Assembly (NCBI RefSeq): GCF_001194135.2
Contig: NC_068985.1
Span: 7,856,808-7,920,807 of the forward strand
Direction of reading: 5' to 3'
From: Octopus bimaculoides
Lineage: Eukaryota
Length of the DNA: 64,000 nt
Below the pieces are notes generated by a model. That model saw only the letters and a list, made by a program, of their open reading frames with translations, made no database searches and was not told the DNA's origin. Numbering within the stretch: the stretch's first letter is position 1; the number at the start of each line of letters is the position of its first letter. Positions 60,660 through 64,000 of the stretch are shown piece after piece. A program made the position numbers and the translations under genes.

Positions 60660-62069
60660 ACTTACTAGATGAATCTTGTCTGGAAGGAACAAGAGAAGCT
60701 ATTTCTAAGTCAATTTCTGACAGTGGCATTCAGACAACATCTGGAAACAGTAGCTCAATGGAGTGTTCTACTTCAACTACAGTTTCTTCTAATATTGTTG
60801 ACTTGTTGCCAAAGGAAAATTGTAACCAACAGACATCGACATTTTCTGTTAAAGAGGAACCGAAGAAAACACCTCTGTCTACAAGTGAAATAGAGACTGG
60901 AAAGCCATCAGAACTTGTAAGATCAAAGTCAACCATGTTTAATACTTCTAATGTCACGAATGTTGTAACTTCTTGTCCAACTCCTATAGTGATGACTACG
61001 CCACATAACACACTTGTTAACACCAGTCATGCTGAAATTTCTGCTGTTAGTGGCCGACATTCACACAAAAAACACAAAAAGCACAAACGAAAGCGTCACA
61101 AGGAAGAGAACAGACAGAACCATGGGGAAATTGAGGAGGAGGAGGATGTTGATGGAAGATCACCAAGAAAGAAAAGACATAAAAAGCACAAGCATAAAAG
61201 AGAGCTACCATTTGGTGATGATCGTATCGAAGATCCTTCTGCAGCTCAGCTTTTCTGTGAAAAAGATTTAAAAATAGATTCTTCCGAGTATGAGTGGGTT
61301 GAAAGGACTAAAGAGAATTTTAGCTCTGTTGACATTTCTAGGAATAGTTTAATTTCTTCTTCCAGTCGGGAAACAGTTTCTGAATCTTCAAAGGAACTGC
61401 TCTCCAAAGGTCATACTGGTTCTCAGGCCAACCAGAAAGTTAGTAAAGAAGCCGTTGATTCGGTGTTATCACTGTTACAAGGTCCAGCTGAGCCTCCTAT
61501 CTTACCACTTCCATCACACCAGAGACACATAGTAAAGAGTCAAACTACAAAGGCACTGAGGCCAGTTGTTGAAAAGGGAAACAATGGCTGTGTAACAGAG
61601 GGTTTAACATGGTCCACAGGAGAGGGGTCCACGAAGACTTCTGTTAGCACCGTCAAGGATAATCCTGCCAAAAATAAAATTTTGAACTCTAACGAAAAAT
61701 CCTTGAGCTATCCAGTTGGATGTTCAAGTGAGAAATCCGCTGGTAGTACTGCAAGCACTGTAAATAGGTTATCATCGCTTCCAAGCTCTGCTCAAATATC
61801 CAGCATGAGAACTGATGGCCATTCTAAGAGACACTTAATAGACTGCTTTTCTAAATCTCTAGATAGTTCCAATCAACCTTACTATCACAAAAATCAGTCC
61901 TCTTCATATATGGAGAATAGAATTTCCAAGTCATCAGGAAGATCTGTATTGTCTCTTGCTGAGCGAGAGAACAAAAGCTCTGGGGTTAATGAGAAAGGGG
62001 CAATGTTGTCAGCCGAGCCCAACAGACACTCCAGAGCCAATATGGAGAGCAGGCATGCCAGACAATCTG
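59553..62069 (+). CDS. USP36: USP36 coding exon 13 (2517 nt; Ser-rich disordered tail with basic clusters); gene continues or ends via an unidentified exon
   Basis: Acceptor ttacttccag| in phase 1 with the 893-aa ORF; contains HKKHKKHKRKRHK, RKKRHKKHKHKR and YEWVERTKE; donor G|GTAAGT at 62069/70. Confidence 0.85.
60542..60660 (+). repeat. Coding (AGT)n/(AAT)n microsatellite encoding S8-N12-S-N6-S12-N
   Basis: Direct reading in the exon 13 frame. Confidence 0.95.
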
Positions 62070-63055
62070 GTAAGTTGGTTTTCTTAGCTGCGGCTGAGGT
62101 GGGTCATTTATCTTTTACTGATGGGCACCGTTCATTTTTTAATATTCCATCGCACACTTTGTATATATATATATTTTTTTTTGCCTAATATTTTGTTTCC
62201 TCCTCACTTTTTCTAAAGTAGATCTATAGTTAAGCATGATATTCCGCATAATATTCCTCCTTTCTTCCTGCAAAATGGCTAACCCCTATAACTATGAGTG
62301 TACGTCTCTCTACTTCTCTTTACCTCTTACCCATCTCATCTCTAATCTACCCAACCATGCACACACGTGTGTTTTGTGTGTGTGTGTGTACACACACATA
62401 CATATGTCTAAATATGTATGTCTACATATATATATATATACATACATATATCCAAACGTGTATGTATTCACACACACATATATAAACGTGTATGTATACA
62501 CACACAAATACATACATATATCTAAATGCGTATGTATACATTTATACATATATACATGTATGTACATACATATACATGCATATATCTGCACACACGAATA
62601 TTTATACACACGTGCAAACACACACTCACATTTGTATTCTATGAATCAGTCTGGCAGGAATAATATATCTTTAATGTACTTTGTTGTAATTTTTATTGCA
62701 CATCCATGCTTTGCAAGTTAGTCTGAGTCTTAATTAGCATTTCGTATGAAAGCTAACAGATAAAGTTTAAAGGATTCAAAGTGTTAAGCTTTGCACTGGT
62801 ATCTAGAATACTTAGAATAACTGGTATCGAATACTATAAAGATTTCTTCCTATGTGTTGGGTGGGTTTTGTGTGTAGATAGAAAACCTTGTCTTGATCTT
62901 GTCTTTCCTGATTTTCAGTACAGATGTTTTGTTGTAGTAGAGGTCAGATGTGGTTAGAAGCTGCTGAAATATGTACCTTGTCTTACGTTTGTTTATAGAG
63001 AATGCCAGCAGACTGTGGCTGTGTTGGCATACTGCTTTTGAAGAATTTTTGTTGA

Positions 63056-63355
63056 ATGAATCAACCCCAGTACTTGCTTTGTTTTTCAAGTCTGCTACTT
63101 ATTCCATCACTACCTTTTGCTGAATTGCTAAGTTACCGGGACACAAACACACCAACACTGGTTGTCATTTGGTGGTGGGGGACAAACACACATGCTCACG
63201 ACAAGGCTTCTTTCAGTCTCTGCCTACCAAATTCAGTCACAAAGTCTTGGTTGGCCTGTGGCTATAGTAGAAGACACTTGCCCAAGGTGCCGTGCAGTGG
63301 CACTGACACTGGCAGCTTGTGGTTAGCAAGCAAACTTCTTACGACACAGCCATGC
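63056..63355 (-). mobile_element. tRNA-derived SINE
   Basis: gaagacacttgcccaaggtgccgtgcagtgg...gcaaacttcttacgacacagcc. Confidence 0.85.
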
Positions 63356-63764
63356 CTACCCCTATTCAAAAATTTGGAGTAAATGTTTAAAACTATCATT
63401 GTGCTGAAGAAGTGGAAAGTGAAATGGAAATAATGCAGTAAGTTTTGTAATGTTATAAATGACTTGTTTTAGTTCACTTAATGCAAATTCAAACACCTCT
63501 GCAGGTGTCAATAATCGGACTCTTGTAAATCCTGTCTGGAGGAGGATGTTTTATAAAGTATGATGAAGAGTGGTTAAGAGAATAGTTCAAGATATCTGAA
63601 GTGAAATAGGAATGTATGCATGCTTCATGTGCATATTTTTGGTCTGCTGAAAAGGAAGGTGAAATATGCTGTAGAAGGGGCGTAATTCTTGAAGGAAAAA
63701 AAAAGAATATAATTTTGTCAACTCATTTTTTTTTATCATTTACTTGTTTTAGTCGTAAGATTGT

Positions 63765-64000
63765 GGCCATGCTGGTGTATTGCCTCGAAGAATTTTTGGT
63801 CAAAAGAATCGACCCCAATATTTTTGTTTTTGAAAGCCTGGTACTTATTCTATTGATCTTTAGCTGGACTGCTAAGTTACGGGGATGTAAACACACCAAA
63901 CCAATTGTCATAACAAAGATACACAGGTTTCTTCCAGTTTCCATCTACCAGATCCACTCACAAAGACACTTGCCCAACGTGCCATGCAGTGGGACTGAAC
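63765..64000 (-). mobile_element. tRNA-derived SINE, truncated by the window end
   Basis: ccagtttccatctaccagatccactcacaaagacacttgcccaacgtgccatgcagtgggactgaac. Confidence 0.8.

Noticed and set aside
60358-60729. Antisense poly-Leu ORF (123 aa) and other antisense ORFs in 59608-61023
   Set aside because: Mirror of the AGT/AAT microsatellite and of the long sense exon; no independent evidence.
62919-63563. Candidate terminal USP36 exons (acceptors at 62918 and about 63504)
   Set aside because: Both give short phase-compatible ORFs but no similarity to the conserved acidic/basic USP36 C-terminus; the true exons probably lie beyond the window.

Overview
Eukaryotic, AT-rich, repeat-dense draft scaffold with five N-gaps. 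The SINE, RTE and microsatellite make-up resembles coleoid cephalopod (Octopus-like) DNA; that taxon call is an inference. One protein-coding gene is present on the + strand: a USP36-family (USP36/42) ubiquitin-specific protease. I reconstructed 13 coding exons by hand (43056-62069; GT-AG boundaries, all phases compatible, 3910 nt, about 1303 codons). The Cys, His and Asp boxes are intact and the 3' end is not identified in the window. A housekeeping-type promoter (ETS, NRF1 and CCAAT motifs) lies at about 5.1-5.2 kb, with three putative non-coding leader exons spread over about 38 kb. The rest is intron/intergenic DNA filled with decayed mobile elements: the 5' end of a Ty3/Gypsy element, RTE and R4/Dong LINE pieces, two hAT and two Tc1/mariner remnants, several MITE families, many SINEs and two Penelope-type hammerhead-like motifs. 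I found no convincing novel multi-gene system. The best leads are a foldback MITE with an inverted telomeric core and 8-bp TSD, the hammerhead-like motifs, a uORF-rich long leader with a candidate recursive splice site, a promoter-proximal 33-bp minisatellite, and inverted repeat pairs that could form dsRNA in the pre-mRNA. Nearly all short six-frame ORFs are spurious (gaps, microsatellites, repeats).
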